DNA from: a virus
Lineage: Duplodnaviria; Caudoviricetes
IMG/VR virus record: IMGVR_UViG_3300037484_000276
Span: 1-40,468 of that record
Reading direction: 5' to 3' (one strand)
Length of the DNA stretch: 40,468 nucleotides
This document shows positions 23,675 to 33,358 of this stretch, piece by piece; within the stretch, counting starts at the first letter, position 1; every line of letters begins with the position of its first letter. A program made the position numbers and the translations under genes. Under the pieces are notes generated by a model, which was given only the letters and a program-made list of their open reading frames with translations, did not search any database and was not told where the DNA came from.

Positions 23675-25513
23675 CTACTCATTTCCTTCTTCATTAAGGT
23701 CGTTAAAGAGTATCTCGTGTTGGGTTATTTTGGGAAACGAACCCGTTGAAGTGACCTCAAATTCTAGCTCAACTTCCTTAAACCTTTTGTTAAAAATGTC
23801 CTTGACCCTAGTGTCTCCTACGGTGTTCGAAGCAGTACCAGCGGTAAAGGACGTCGTCCTTTCGAACTTAATCTTGTTGGTTACGGTTTCCCCCGTTTCA
23901 AGCGCCTCGTAAGTTGAAAGCTGGTGAATTAAGAGTTTGCTTTTGTCCGTATCCCCGTTGTCAAAAATTAAGCTTTCATAGCTTCCCGAGGTTACTGCCA
24001 AAGCGTCTACTTCTATCTTGTCTATTCCATAGGTTGTATTGTTGCGCCAACTGAAATATATATCGTCTCCTATTACGCTTACAAAACCTATTTCTATGTT
24101 CGCACTTTGGGTATCTCCAGTAGATATCGTATAAAGCAGTACCAATGCGTCCCCGAGCTGGCTATTCTCGGCTCCATAGGCGTAAATTCCTTGCTCCAAT
24201 GAACTTCCATCGTTCGTATTGCCAATTCCTATTAAAGTTATTCCTTCATGATGGGAGAGGGCTGATGGGTATACATTGACTATCTTGCTACGTGCCAATT
24301 TCGGGGTATGGGCGATCTTTTTTGTAAGATTATTGCTTTCATAAAGGGCTCCTCTATTTCCAAATATACCCCTAAATACATTCCCACTATTAGTTATGGA
24401 ATTTCCTACTCCAATGGATGTTGTATCTGTAAAGTAATTCCACGAGGGGGCTATTGTATCCCAGTAAAATATCCTTGATTCCTCGGCCGTGCTTATGGTG
24501 TCTCCTTTATATGCAGATATTGCCAGCATTTCATTTTCCTTAGTAATTGATACTACCTCAAATCCGCGTTCTAGGAGTATCTTGTTGGGGTCATATGTTG
24601 CTTCATCAAAAACGGCCAAGTAGTCCCTATTTCCCACAATTAGCTTGTCTTCGACTACGACTGCGGGATGATATTCGGTTGTGGCAATCAAAACTCCATA
24701 CTCTACGATAAACTCCGCGCCTTCCAAATCCGAAGCCACATTGCTTGTTACTTTTGGTGCTCCAGTTGTGGTTGATGTTGTAACATGAAAATGATACGAA
24801 TTTCCTATTGTTAGTCTTAGCGCAGTAGCAAACGTGAAAATATTATCGCCGGTGGTTATACTTGCGAAAGCTATTGTCTTTGATCCTATCAAGTTGTCCT
24901 CAGAATCATGGACCGTAACCGTCCAGTTGGGGTCATCGCCCGTGTCATTGATATCGATGGTAATTTCTTTTAAAGGATCATGGGTAGTCGTAAAAGTCTG
25001 TCTATGGGTGGCAGTTTCGGCTATAGATGTTGCAGTCGAATATGTTTGGCCCGTTCCGCCGCCAGTTGTTTGAATATCGCTGATTGCGCCATCCCACCAG
25101 CTCGTTAAATTGTCGTCAAAGGCTGGAGTTCCCGAAAGCTTGCCATATCTACCTATATCGTTAGCTATCATATAGTAAAGATAGTCGTTAAATACTTTAA
25201 ATCCTTCCCCAAACGAACCCGAAACAGTCCTTATATTTGACCATACTCCACCTGATGTTTCCCGCCAAAGCTCTCCATTGCTTAGATAAAAATAGCGGTT
25301 TGTGTCAAATGGACTTCCGTCTTCTGCCCATATTCCCAAACCCCCTACCGCATTGTCGGTAACTTCAGTCGCTTGTTTGGAGAGCGTGATATATGATGGA
25401 TCCTCATATATATTCAAGTTTTTGATGAATTTAGCACTAAATGGTTGGGCTTTTCTTTCACCTGTTAGAGATATTCCTCCCGAGTAATCCCTTAAAAGAA
25501 TTTTTTGTTCCAT
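23675..25513 (-). CDS. Tail nozzle/DNA stabilisation protein (P22 gp10 / T7 gp12-like position)
   Basis: 612 aa, beta-propeller-like composition, DYSGG near the start; follows the adaptor gene. Confidence 0.65.
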   Translation of the reverse strand: MEQKILLRDYSGGISLTGERKAQPFSAKFIKNLNIYEDPSYITLSKQATEVTDNAVGGLGIWAEDGSPFDTNRYFYLSNGELWRETSGGVWSNIRTVSGSFGEGFKVFNDYLYYMIANDIGRYGKLSGTPAFDDNLTSWWDGAISDIQTTGGGTGQTYSTATSIAETATHRQTFTTTHDPLKEITIDINDTGDDPNWTVTVHDSEDNLIGSKTIAFASITTGDNIFTFATALRLTIGNSYHFHVTTSTTTGAPKVTSNVASDLEGAEFIVEYGVLIATTEYHPAVVVEDKLIVGNRDYLAVFDEATYDPNKILLERGFEVVSITKENEMLAISAYKGDTISTAEESRIFYWDTIAPSWNYFTDTTSIGVGNSITNSGNVFRGIFGNRGALYESNNLTKKIAHTPKLARSKIVNVYPSALSHHEGITLIGIGNTNDGSSLEQGIYAYGAENSQLGDALVLLYTISTGDTQSANIEIGFVSVIGDDIYFSWRNNTTYGIDKIEVDALAVTSGSYESLIFDNGDTDKSKLLIHQLSTYEALETGETVTNKIKFERTTSFTAGTASNTVGDTRVKDIFNKRFKEVELEFEVTSTGSFPKITQHEILFNDLNEEGNE

Positions 25514-25514
25514 A

Positions 25515-26417
25515 TCATGTTATAGTTTTCGACCATAAAAATGAAACATTTTCATCGGCTTTCTTGATCATATTGCGTTTTATAAGTCTGCTATTGCTTC
25601 GAGATACATATCTTTTCTTTGCTTTCTCTAAACCAACTAAATACATTGCTTCCCAATCATCGGCAGTAGTTTTGTCTTTTCTTGGACCTCTAAAATAATC
25701 AGCCGCAACTCCATAACTTAAAAGTATGTGAATTTCTTCTGGAAGTTCGGGGGATTGTCCTATTACATAGGTAAGCGAAGACCCACTCGATCCCTCATAT
25801 ACACTTTCGAGTTCAAGATTTGCTGTATCTGTGAATGAAGCGATGCGATACCAATAGCCATCCTGATCTACCTTAAACCAGCGACCTACCATCAATGCGG
25901 TAAATGAAGTCCCTGAATGTGTTATTGTAGCATCGTTATTAGTTGCAGTAACCGTGCCAGTGGTAATATCCGCTGTGGTCAAACCTCTGTCTCTATAATG
26001 ACTCGCAAAATTGATTGTATAAACTGCGTCCGGTATCGGCCAAAGGCCGAAGTCATCACGTCTTGGGAAGATATGCGTAGGATAATTTGAAATTGTGATG
26101 TAGTTCAGATTATCCCAAATAAATTGTGAATTGACTACTTGAAGTGGAATATTCTGGTCTCCAATATCTACATTTACGCTTTCTATATCTACTATTCCCG
26201 GGGGATTATGGTAAAACTGTTGATTTAATACAGTTGCCGCTGTTTGAGGAGGAGCCTCTGTTTTATAGTTGGAAAACTCAGCTAATAAATCTTGATATCT
26301 TGCTCCCAAATGTCTGTCGAAAAAAGCAATTAGAGTCGTATTCGTGGATCCTGGGTTCCCAGAATTGTCAAAAAAATCATTTAAAAGTGAAGTATATGTT
26401 TGCCTTCCTGCTGACAT
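25515..26417 (-). CDS. Head-tail adaptor/tail tubular protein
   Basis: LWPIPD...Y and PELPEEIHILLSYG motifs with an inserted beta domain. Confidence 0.7.
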   Translation of the reverse strand: MSAGRQTYTSLLNDFFDNSGNPGSTNTTLIAFFDRHLGARYQDLLAEFSNYKTEAPPQTAATVLNQQFYHNPPGIVDIESVNVDIGDQNIPLQVVNSQFIWDNLNYITISNYPTHIFPRRDDFGLWPIPDAVYTINFASHYRDRGLTTADITTGTVTATNNDATITHSGTSFTALMVGRWFKVDQDGYWYRIASFTDTANLELESVYEGSSGSSLTYVIGQSPELPEEIHILLSYGVAADYFRGPRKDKTTADDWEAMYLVGLEKAKKRYVSRSNSRLIKRNMIKKADENVSFLWSKTIT

Positions 26418-26428
26418 AATTTATTATA

Positions 26429-27130
26429 TCATCTCGGAAAGACTTCGATCCCAGGCCCAATAGGGTCTTTGACTATTGTCGTAGCAGCGGCGGGTTTTAC
26501 TGATAATGCTACTTGAGCCCAGTCATCACTACCAGTCTTAGTCCAGGACATTGTAACTGTCCCAGCTGTTGCCTTAGACTCATAAGAGGCTACTCCGCCA
26601 GTTGAACCAGTCTGGTCATCCATAATCGGGGTTTGATCAGCACCAATGGTTATAGCATCAGTGGTAAAATTTGATCCACAATCGACCACAATGGCTCCAT
26701 CAGTCAATGTCGTGATATCCAAAGTAATCGGGCCAGCACCGCCTTCAGAAGTTTGGGTAGCCTCATCTGGATCTGTTTGATCTGCACCATCAAAAAGAAT
26801 TGCTCCCATCTTTCTGGCGTCTGTATCCCCAGATATGGTGGCTACTATGTTGGCTGTAGCGTTAGTAGGATTTATTAATCTCCAAATCTCAGCCCTCATA
26901 GCTCCGGCTGTGACAGTCTTCTCTACAATCTTGGTAAGGCTTTGAGATGTATTCCAAGTAATCCCAGATATAGTTCCAGATCCAGGAACATCTTGCCAAA
27001 GCATCATACAAACAAAAAGCGCTTTATTAGTTCCACTTACTGTAAATGAAGCAATCGTTACTGTATCACCGCTTCCAATAAAACCATTTTCGATTGTTGG
27101 AGTTGCGACCGAAGTTACTGAAAGCGCCAT
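26429..27130 (-). CDS. Virion accessory beta-sandwich protein
   Basis: Thr/Ser/Gly-rich; VSGTNKALFV, EIWRLINP, AGTVTMSW. Confidence 0.65.
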   Translation of the reverse strand: MALSVTSVATPTIENGFIGSGDTVTIASFTVSGTNKALFVCMMLWQDVPGSGTISGITWNTSQSLTKIVEKTVTAGAMRAEIWRLINPTNATANIVATISGDTDARKMGAILFDGADQTDPDEATQTSEGGAGPITLDITTLTDGAIVVDCGSNFTTDAITIGADQTPIMDDQTGSTGGVASYESKATAGTVTMSWTKTGSDDWAQVALSVKPAAATTIVKDPIGPGIEVFPR

Positions 27131-27136
27131 AATTGA

Positions 27137-27814
27137 TTATACAGATACTATCGCATATTGAATTGATCCCGCAATCGAGCAAGTTACAGTATCAACTTCC
27201 AAGTCTTTATCGGTTCCCAATTTCCAAAGAGGCATGGCGAAATTCCCCGATGGAGGGATACCAAGTCCGCTATTTAATGCCATGGCCATCACGGAAGTTA
27301 TCGCAGCGTCATCTTCATCTTGAAAACTCACGGTTCCAGCAGCCGTTCCAAGAGTAAACTGAATTCCATAAACCCATATTTGCTTGTTGGAAGCAGAAGA
27401 TATAAGTACCTGATTTGCCGTATTGGCAGCTCCCGTTATATCATCACTTGTATAAGAATCAATAACTGGATCGCCAGGGCCTATTAATGAATCATTTGTT
27501 GATTGAACAGCAAAAGTTCCAGCATTCGTAACTGCATGTGCATTTACAGTTACGGTTTCACTATCAAGGGTTACTTTTACATCAGCCGTTTGTCCCGCAC
27601 CACCAGTGACGGTTACTACGTCTGTTGAAGTTAAATTACGAATATCAAGATCGACAAAAGTTACTTGCGATCCGTTTGCGTCGACGATCTTGACATCTTG
27701 GGGGGTCGAGTTCGTGAGCGCGCTGCCTGTTGCGTACCTTGGTACTCCCAGACTGGGATCATAAATAACAATGGATGGTATTGCGTTGACACTTGGGGAA
27801 GATTCTGAACTCAT
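27137..27814 (-). CDS. Putative virion structural protein
   Basis: 225 aa, Thr/Val/Ser-rich; HAVTNAGTFAVQ. Confidence 0.65.
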   Translation of the reverse strand: MSSESSPSVNAIPSIVIYDPSLGVPRYATGSALTNSTPQDVKIVDANGSQVTFVDLDIRNLTSTDVVTVTGGAGQTADVKVTLDSETVTVNAHAVTNAGTFAVQSTNDSLIGPGDPVIDSYTSDDITGAANTANQVLISSASNKQIWVYGIQFTLGTAAGTVSFQDEDDAAITSVMAMALNSGLGIPPSGNFAMPLWKLGTDKDLEVDTVTCSIAGSIQYAIVSV

Positions 27815-27830
27815 GAATTAATTATATCAT

Positions 27831-28373
27831 CTAGGCATTTAGCCTCTTCATAAGAAGTTCCTCTTTTAGCTTGATTTTCCTTTCCCTCTCGTCCAACATT
27901 TCCTTTCTATCACGGGACAATAGTTTTTCCTTCTCGATCTTTGATTCCATTATCTCAATGTCGCCCTTTCGCTGGTCAAGGTCACCCTTTTCCTTGTCGA
28001 GCTCGATCCTTACCTGTTCGTTGTCCATGACGATAAATTCTCTCTTGGCGATATCTTTTTTTAGGATTTCCAGGTTCTCATACGTTTTTTTTATATCGCC
28101 CTCCTGCTTCAGGATGGCATTTTCCCTTTGGACTAATTTATAAGAATAATTTGATAGTTCATCTTGAGCCTTTTTTAGGCTCTCCTTTTCTTTTTTGAAG
28201 TCCAGCTCTTTCAAACTAATAGTCCTTGCCTTTTCCGAGAGCTTTTTCTCGTTCTCGAGACTTACCTTGTCGCGGTTGTCTATTTTTTCGACGTACTGTG
28301 ACAATGCCAACAAATCTGCGGATAAGTTCTCTATCTTCGCTTTTATGGCCGTTATCTGTTCAAACATTGCCAT
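27831..28373 (-). CDS. Coiled-coil protein
   Basis: Glu/Lys heptads over 180 aa. Confidence 0.75.
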   Translation of the reverse strand: MAMFEQITAIKAKIENLSADLLALSQYVEKIDNRDKVSLENEKKLSEKARTISLKELDFKKEKESLKKAQDELSNYSYKLVQRENAILKQEGDIKKTYENLEILKKDIAKREFIVMDNEQVRIELDKEKGDLDQRKGDIEIMESKIEKEKLLSRDRKEMLDERERKIKLKEELLMKRLNA

Positions 28374-28617
28374 CCGTTTCCTCCATTATTGCCTTTTTTT
28401 TACTGATATCAGCATTTAACTCTATCCCATTAAGACCCCTGTCGTTGACGATGGCATCGAATAAGTGTTTCTTGATATGCCTCGCAACTGCGGGGGTAAA
28501 ATAAGCTATGTCTCTTGAGGGGACGGTATAGACCACTGGGCCTTTGCCGTCTGCGTCGAACTTGCAGAAAAAATCAGAGGATGTCGGATTGAAAACTCCT
28601 TCATTCTGTTGTCTCAT
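28360..28617 (-). CDS. Hypothetical protein
   Basis: VFNPTSSDF resembles IFNPTDKDY in 28780-29433, so possibly a paralogue. Confidence 0.7.
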   Translation of the reverse strand: MRQQNEGVFNPTSSDFFCKFDADGKGPVVYTVPSRDIAYFTPAVARHIKKHLFDAIVNDRGLNGIELNADISKKKAIMEETDGNV

Positions 28618-28783
28618 TTTTTTCCAATTCTTCTAACCTCTTGAGGATTACTAAAAGTATCTTGTTTACAGCCTTATTGTTAAGTCGGTTCTCCGCATCG
28701 AACTGCTTGAAGTCATCCTCCCAATTATCGATCAAAATGCCGAATACGTTGCTTATTTGCTTTTTTATCGGTTCTATTGTCAT
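28601..28783 (-). CDS. Hypothetical protein
   Basis: 60 aa with overlapping junctions. Confidence 0.65.
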   Translation of the reverse strand: MTIEPIKKQISNVFGILIDNWEDDFKQFDAENRLNNKAVNKILLVILKRLEELEKNETTE

Positions 28784-29433
28784 GCTGTTTGACTAATTTT
28801 TTCTATGAGAGCCTTTTTTTTGTCTGTCTTGTCCGTTTTTATGCCCCTATCCTTTGCCACTTTTCTAAGTTGGAACTGATTCATGCTTTCAAGCGGAGTA
28901 GTTGGCGTCTTTGATAAGATGGGCGGTTCTCCATCGCTTACAGTACGCCGTGAACTCAAAATCTTACCCATTAATTGCTCGTGGGTGGTAGGAACAGTCT
29001 CTATTGTTTCTTTTTGTACTTTCTCGATTCCATATTCCTTGACAATCCCCATATAAAGTTCTTGGTATATCTGCATCCTCACTTCTGGATTGGCAACTCC
29101 CTTCTCGATCGCAAACTTACCTTCTAATATGGGTTGTTCTCCTCCTTGGTATTTTTCCATTTCCTTCTCGCCGCGACTCCTGCGCCTTTCGTTCTCTTCT
29201 TTTACGGCATTTTCCTGTCTTTCTCTTAAAATTTTGTCTGTCATCTCGCGCAAGTATTTGTCTACGAGATAAGTCTGCAAGTCGGCTGTAGAGTTTGCCG
29301 GAATCTTGTGCAAATATCCATCCCATGAAAGGTTGTAATCTTTGTCTGTTGGGTTAAAAATTCTATGAACGTCCTGACTTTTCCTTTGGAGTTCCCTATG
29401 AATTAAAGAAGAATCGGTTTGTTGATTAGCCAT
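28780..29433 (-). CDS. Hypothetical protein with C-terminal Rho-N/HeH-like motif
   Basis: LESMNQFQLRKVAKDRGI...KKALIEKI. Confidence 0.75.
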   Translation of the reverse strand: MANQQTDSSLIHRELQRKSQDVHRIFNPTDKDYNLSWDGYLHKIPANSTADLQTYLVDKYLREMTDKILRERQENAVKEENERRRSRGEKEMEKYQGGEQPILEGKFAIEKGVANPEVRMQIYQELYMGIVKEYGIEKVQKETIETVPTTHEQLMGKILSSRRTVSDGEPPILSKTPTTPLESMNQFQLRKVAKDRGIKTDKTDKKKALIEKISQTA

Positions 29434-29438
29434 TTATT

Positions 29439-29663
29439 TTATATAGTTTCTATTTTATCGTTGCCATTCTTTTTAGATTCAACTTCGGGTTTTACTTTAA
29501 CAAAGCTTGTTTGGAAAATTGGGGCATCGATAATTAATGAGCCATCATCTATTCTACGAATTTTCTGAGGAGCATATCGTATTTGAATATCGACTTGTTT
29601 CTTTTTTAAAAAGTCTTGGATTTCTTTCAATTCTTTAGGAGTAAGTTCGGCTATATCTGCCAT
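29439..29663 (-). CDS. Hypothetical protein
   Basis: 74 aa, after TGTTATAAT. Confidence 0.7.
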   Translation of the reverse strand: MADIAELTPKELKEIQDFLKKKQVDIQIRYAPQKIRRIDDGSLIIDAPIFQTSFVKVKPEVESKKNGNDKIETI

Positions 29664-29684
29664 ATATAAAAATATTATAACATA

Positions 29685-30617
29685 TTATGCCAGTAATGAA
29701 ATTCTAGCAATCTTAGTTATCTGGTTCTGGTTGAGAACCTCGCTGGTTACAAATACATGCTGTAGTCTGCCAGAGAAATAATTGGCAGCAGTAACGGCCC
29801 TTTTTGCGATAGTCAGCGTTGCGGCCGCGCCAGTCATAGTAGCGGAGGTATCAGTAGTCTCCTGTTGTACCCCGTTCATGTAAAACTTCACGGAATTGAC
29901 CTCATAAGTGCCTATAAAAGAATACCAAGTTTGGTTGGCAGTTACCCCAGAGTTTATAGTTGCGACATTCGTACCTACATTCCTAATCGTAAATTGTATA
30001 GTAAAAGGAGCTGCTGTGGGGTGAGTAAACGTAAACCCGTCTTCTGGGCCGGAATCTTGCCAATCAATTACTCTAGTATTGCCATTTGGTGTACCAATTC
30101 TATAAAACATGAATCCTATGCTGATTGCCGTGGTGGGGACGGTCATTCCCGTAAAGACAACGTTGTCGCTAGTCCCGTTAAATTGTAACGATTTCCCCAT
30201 GAGACCATCCGCTCCGACTGTGCCAGCCAACGTACCATTGTATCTGATATTCTTTTTGTAAACTATGGTTCCAGTCGCCGGTGTATCAGGAGTTCCCGTA
30301 ACGACATAAGTAAATGTACTCGCTCCGGTCACCGTTATTTGGAATGTGCCATTGTATGCCGTTTCATTGGCATCTGATATTTCTATCATATTTGTAGAAT
30401 CCAAGCCGTGCACTGCAGCGGTGGTAACAGTAGCCACACTCAACGTTCTAGTTATTGAAGTGACCGAAAACGAGGTTTCCTTTGGTTCGGATTTATCGTA
30501 GGCTATGGTGCCCGCCACCTCGTTGAGCGGCCAGTATCCCACAAGGCCAGGAAGGTGCCTGATATACCAGCTTAATCTTTTTCTTTTGATGGGGTGGACG
30601 GGAGCGAACGTCTCCAT
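29685..30617 (-). CDS. LamG/concanavalin A-like virion protein
   Basis: GLVGYWPLNE, SLQFNG, KFYMNG, YFSGRL; inserted TTAAVHGL...YNGTFQIT beta domain; ATG at 30617 follows TGATATAAT. Confidence 0.85.
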   Translation of the reverse strand: METFAPVHPIKRKRLSWYIRHLPGLVGYWPLNEVAGTIAYDKSEPKETSFSVTSITRTLSVATVTTAAVHGLDSTNMIEISDANETAYNGTFQITVTGASTFTYVVTGTPDTPATGTIVYKKNIRYNGTLAGTVGADGLMGKSLQFNGTSDNVVFTGMTVPTTAISIGFMFYRIGTPNGNTRVIDWQDSGPEDGFTFTHPTAAPFTIQFTIRNVGTNVATINSGVTANQTWYSFIGTYEVNSVKFYMNGVQQETTDTSATMTGAAATLTIAKRAVTAANYFSGRLQHVFVTSEVLNQNQITKIARISLLA

Positions 30618-30629
30618 GTCCAAATTATA

Positions 30630-31124
30630 TCATGAGGTCGGAGGGTAGGAGCTTACTATAATTGAACCAGCACTCAATGGTCGCCATAGCGCTATGTAAT
30701 AAACATTGCCCGATTCAATATCTGCTGTTCCCGTTGTTTCGACAATATCTACACCATTCCCGACAACATAGAAATTCAGGGAATCAAGTGGCATACCTAT
30801 AGCTGGGGTAGTTGACATCCAGACTTCATTGACATCTATCGCTGTGGCCGTTGTTGCCGCATTCATAATCGCGGTATTTCCAGTAATCCCCAAGGCGAGC
30901 GTTCCCGCTCCTGATGAAGCAAGATCGGTAGTACAGACCCCATAAACGCCAATCTCGACGTCTCCCGTTACTGCAAATAATGTAAATGTTGCCTGTGTAC
31001 CACCACTGTCTCCTCTCGCGTTCGTTGTAGCTCCTGCGAATGCCCCAGGCGTAGATTTGGTTAAGACAAAGGAATCAAGTGATGTCAACGCTTTGAAGCT
31101 TCCATCTAATAACATGTTTGCCAT
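30630..31124 (-). CDS. Putative virion structural protein
   Basis: TLFAVTG...WRPLSAG; 164 aa, beta-rich. Confidence 0.65.
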   Translation of the reverse strand: MANMLLDGSFKALTSLDSFVLTKSTPGAFAGATTNARGDSGGTQATFTLFAVTGDVEIGVYGVCTTDLASSGAGTLALGITGNTAIMNAATTATAIDVNEVWMSTTPAIGMPLDSLNFYVVGNGVDIVETTGTADIESGNVYYIALWRPLSAGSIIVSSYPPTS

Positions 31125-31146
31125 ATATATTTATTATATCATTAAG

Positions 31147-31353
31147 TTAAACGGTATCGAGATTACACTTCCATGAGCTGACTTCATACTTGCGCATGAT
31201 ATCTACTAGTTCCTTGAGGAGAGTTTGTTTTCTAATTAAATAATCAGCATCCACATTGTCATCGGCGTCGATTATTTCCACTTTATTGTCATTATGGACG
31301 AAAAGCTTGGCTGTAATCGTGTCCCTCTGGATCACAAGCTTGTATTGCCTCAT
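31147..31353 (-). CDS. Hypothetical protein
   Basis: 68 aa, 6 nt after TGATATAAT. Confidence 0.7.
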   Translation of the reverse strand: MRQYKLVIQRDTITAKLFVHNDNKVEIIDADDNVDADYLIRKQTLLKELVDIMRKYEVSSWKCNLDTV

Positions 31354-31369
31354 GGATTAATTATATCAC

Positions 31370-32410
31370 TTAAGTTCTGAAGATTTCGCCTGAGACCAAT
31401 CCTGCACCAACTCCTGTTGGAAACTCGCCATAATTGTTAGCCATAAACATTGTGGTCGGGACAAGGTTCTCTTGTGTTGCACCGAATTTAATCTCTGTCG
31501 TTACTCCCTCTGCTGTCTGTGCGGCAAATTTATTATCTGCCAATAAACCAACACAGCTTGTTAAAACGAGGAAGCTGGCATTTGATCCAGAACTTATATT
31601 CGGATTGCAAGGGAAGTAATTATTGTGAATTTCCAGTCCATTGATTCCTCCTGAACCGACAAAGATGTTACAGTCAACGCTGGCCGCTGGCCCTGAAAAG
31701 ACATTATCTTCAATCACAATATCCTGTGGAATGGTGCTTGCACCTGCAGGTAAAACAACATCTCCTACGTTTTTATAAAACCTATTTCCTGCGACAAGTC
31801 CCTGCCAAGCTCCTCCACCAGACCCCCAGTGGATTGCTCCACCCGTTGCGGCATTAGTTGCGGTTGTGCCAACGCAGTTCTTGAAGTGGCAACCAAGGAC
31901 TGACCAACCAAAAGCTGCTGCGGTTGAGCCTCCGTCATCAGTCAGTTTGATACCTCCACCAGTTCCCCCTGCTCCATTAATACCGATATTTTGAATTAAA
32001 ACACCAGGAGCTTTAATTTCAATAATAGGAGAAGTTGTAGTTGCTCCAACTTTGAGCTGTGGAAGTCCACCTTGAGTCCTACCTCTTGATACTCCAATTA
32101 AAGAAACCTGAGGAACATTTATAACAAGATTTGTTGTATAGCTAATTGGATCAGTATCAGTTGCGGCCATTGTTCTACCGGCTACATAAACTACGTCACC
32201 CGCAGTAACTCCTAAGGCTGAGATATTGCCATTAAAGTCACTTTCGCCAAATGCATCTGCCCAAGTACTTCCGCCACCACCTGCCGACTTGTCACCATCA
32301 ACATACCAAACTTTACCACCTTCAAGTGGCATAGAAGGCAAGACCATATGCTGGGGATATAGTTTATTGCCGTATTTGAATGCTGGTATGTAGTCTGCTG
32401 CGTCTGGCAT
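31370..32410 (-). CDS. Right-handed beta-helix (pectin lyase-like) virion protein
   Basis: WYVDG...GSTWADAF, GDVVYV, and repeated IEDNVF / IHNNYF / ADNKF strands. Confidence 0.75.
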   Translation of the reverse strand: MPDAADYIPAFKYGNKLYPQHMVLPSMPLEGGKVWYVDGDKSAGGGGSTWADAFGESDFNGNISALGVTAGDVVYVAGRTMAATDTDPISYTTNLVINVPQVSLIGVSRGRTQGGLPQLKVGATTTSPIIEIKAPGVLIQNIGINGAGGTGGGIKLTDDGGSTAAAFGWSVLGCHFKNCVGTTATNAATGGAIHWGSGGGAWQGLVAGNRFYKNVGDVVLPAGASTIPQDIVIEDNVFSGPAASVDCNIFVGSGGINGLEIHNNYFPCNPNISSGSNASFLVLTSCVGLLADNKFAAQTAEGVTTEIKFGATQENLVPTTMFMANNYGEFPTGVGAGLVSGEIFRT

Positions 32411-32411
32411 G

Positions 32412-32537
32412 TTATTCTTTCTTTTCTACTTTGACTTTTTTTAATTCTTTTTCTTTCTTTGCTTTTACAAAGTCGCTATATTCAGCATAGCTTACTTCTG
32501 GACTTTTTGATTCTGTCTTTACTTTCTTTTTAAACAT
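32412..32537 (-). CDS. Small Lys-rich protein (41 aa, not in ORF track)
   Basis: MFKKKVKTESKSPEVSYAEY...VEKKE*; stop is 1 nt before the next ATG. Confidence 0.55.
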   Translation of the reverse strand: MFKKKVKTESKSPEVSYAEYSDFVKAKKEKELKKVKVEKKE

Positions 32538-32542
32538 ATTTA

Positions 32543-32578
32543 TAAAAAAAACCTCAATTAAGAGGTTAATTCTTAATT
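32543..32578 (-). terminator. Terminator with an overlapping alternative hairpin
   Basis: AACCTC/GAGGTT plus T-run; competing AATTAAGA/TCTTAATT. Confidence 0.55.
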
Positions 32579-32622
32579 AGTTCCTGAATAGTCCCGCTAA
32601 ACGGAATCCGGTTCTCGTCAAA

Positions 32623-33351
32623 CTAATCTATCATTAAATGTACAAATCCCATTGTGCTGTCTACTGAAACTACTTCTCTACCGTATCCAATTACTATTCC
32701 ACCCTCTGCACCAGTTTGTGGCTTGACTGATCCTGCTACTGCAGAGCTTGGCCCGATTCCTGATACTCCATTAGATGAGTCTGTGCCTGTGTCATAAAGT
32801 GCTACTCCGTCCCCGCCTGATTGGATCCAGCCATGGTATGAAATTGTCATTGCGTAAAGTGCTATTCCAATTGCTCCTCCTGTTTGGGTTGTTATTGGAT
32901 ACTGGATAGCCCCGTTGTAGGAGTTTTTCCTGACGCTTACCTGGGATGCTGAAGTTGCCAGCGCTATCTTAAGAGGTCTGTCTATCGTAAAGTTGCAACT
33001 TCCTGTTGTAGATGTCTGAACTTCGTGGTCTAGGATCCTAAATAATTGTCCAATTCCGGTCGAGGATTCAACTACCAACTGACCTCCATCAAACATGTTT
33101 GCAGTAACTGCCGTTCCGCCAAGTGTTACTGAGACTATGGTATCGCCAATCGCGGCTGTAGTGTCTACGGCCATGCTTCTGAATGCTGTAGCTTCTACAG
33201 GTTCCTGTAAAAGATTGCCGGTAACCAATGCCGCTAATCCATTCTTAACATACCTATATTTGCTACCCCATTCATCAGTGGCTAGTTGTCCTAGCCTATG
33301 TAGGGGATATTGACTTTCGTTGAATAAATCTTGTTTGATTGTTGTTATCAT
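32623..33351 (-). CDS. Capsid decoration/cement protein
   Basis: LG...G.KYRYVK and GWIQ..G motifs; directly follows the capsid gene. Confidence 0.7.
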   Translation of the reverse strand: MITTIKQDLFNESQYPLHRLGQLATDEWGSKYRYVKNGLAALVTGNLLQEPVEATAFRSMAVDTTAAIGDTIVSVTLGGTAVTANMFDGGQLVVESSTGIGQLFRILDHEVQTSTTGSCNFTIDRPLKIALATSASQVSVRKNSYNGAIQYPITTQTGGAIGIALYAMTISYHGWIQSGGDGVALYDTGTDSSNGVSGIGPSSAVAGSVKPQTGAEGGIVIGYGREVVSVDSTMGFVHLMID

Positions 33352-33358
33352 GTTTTTA

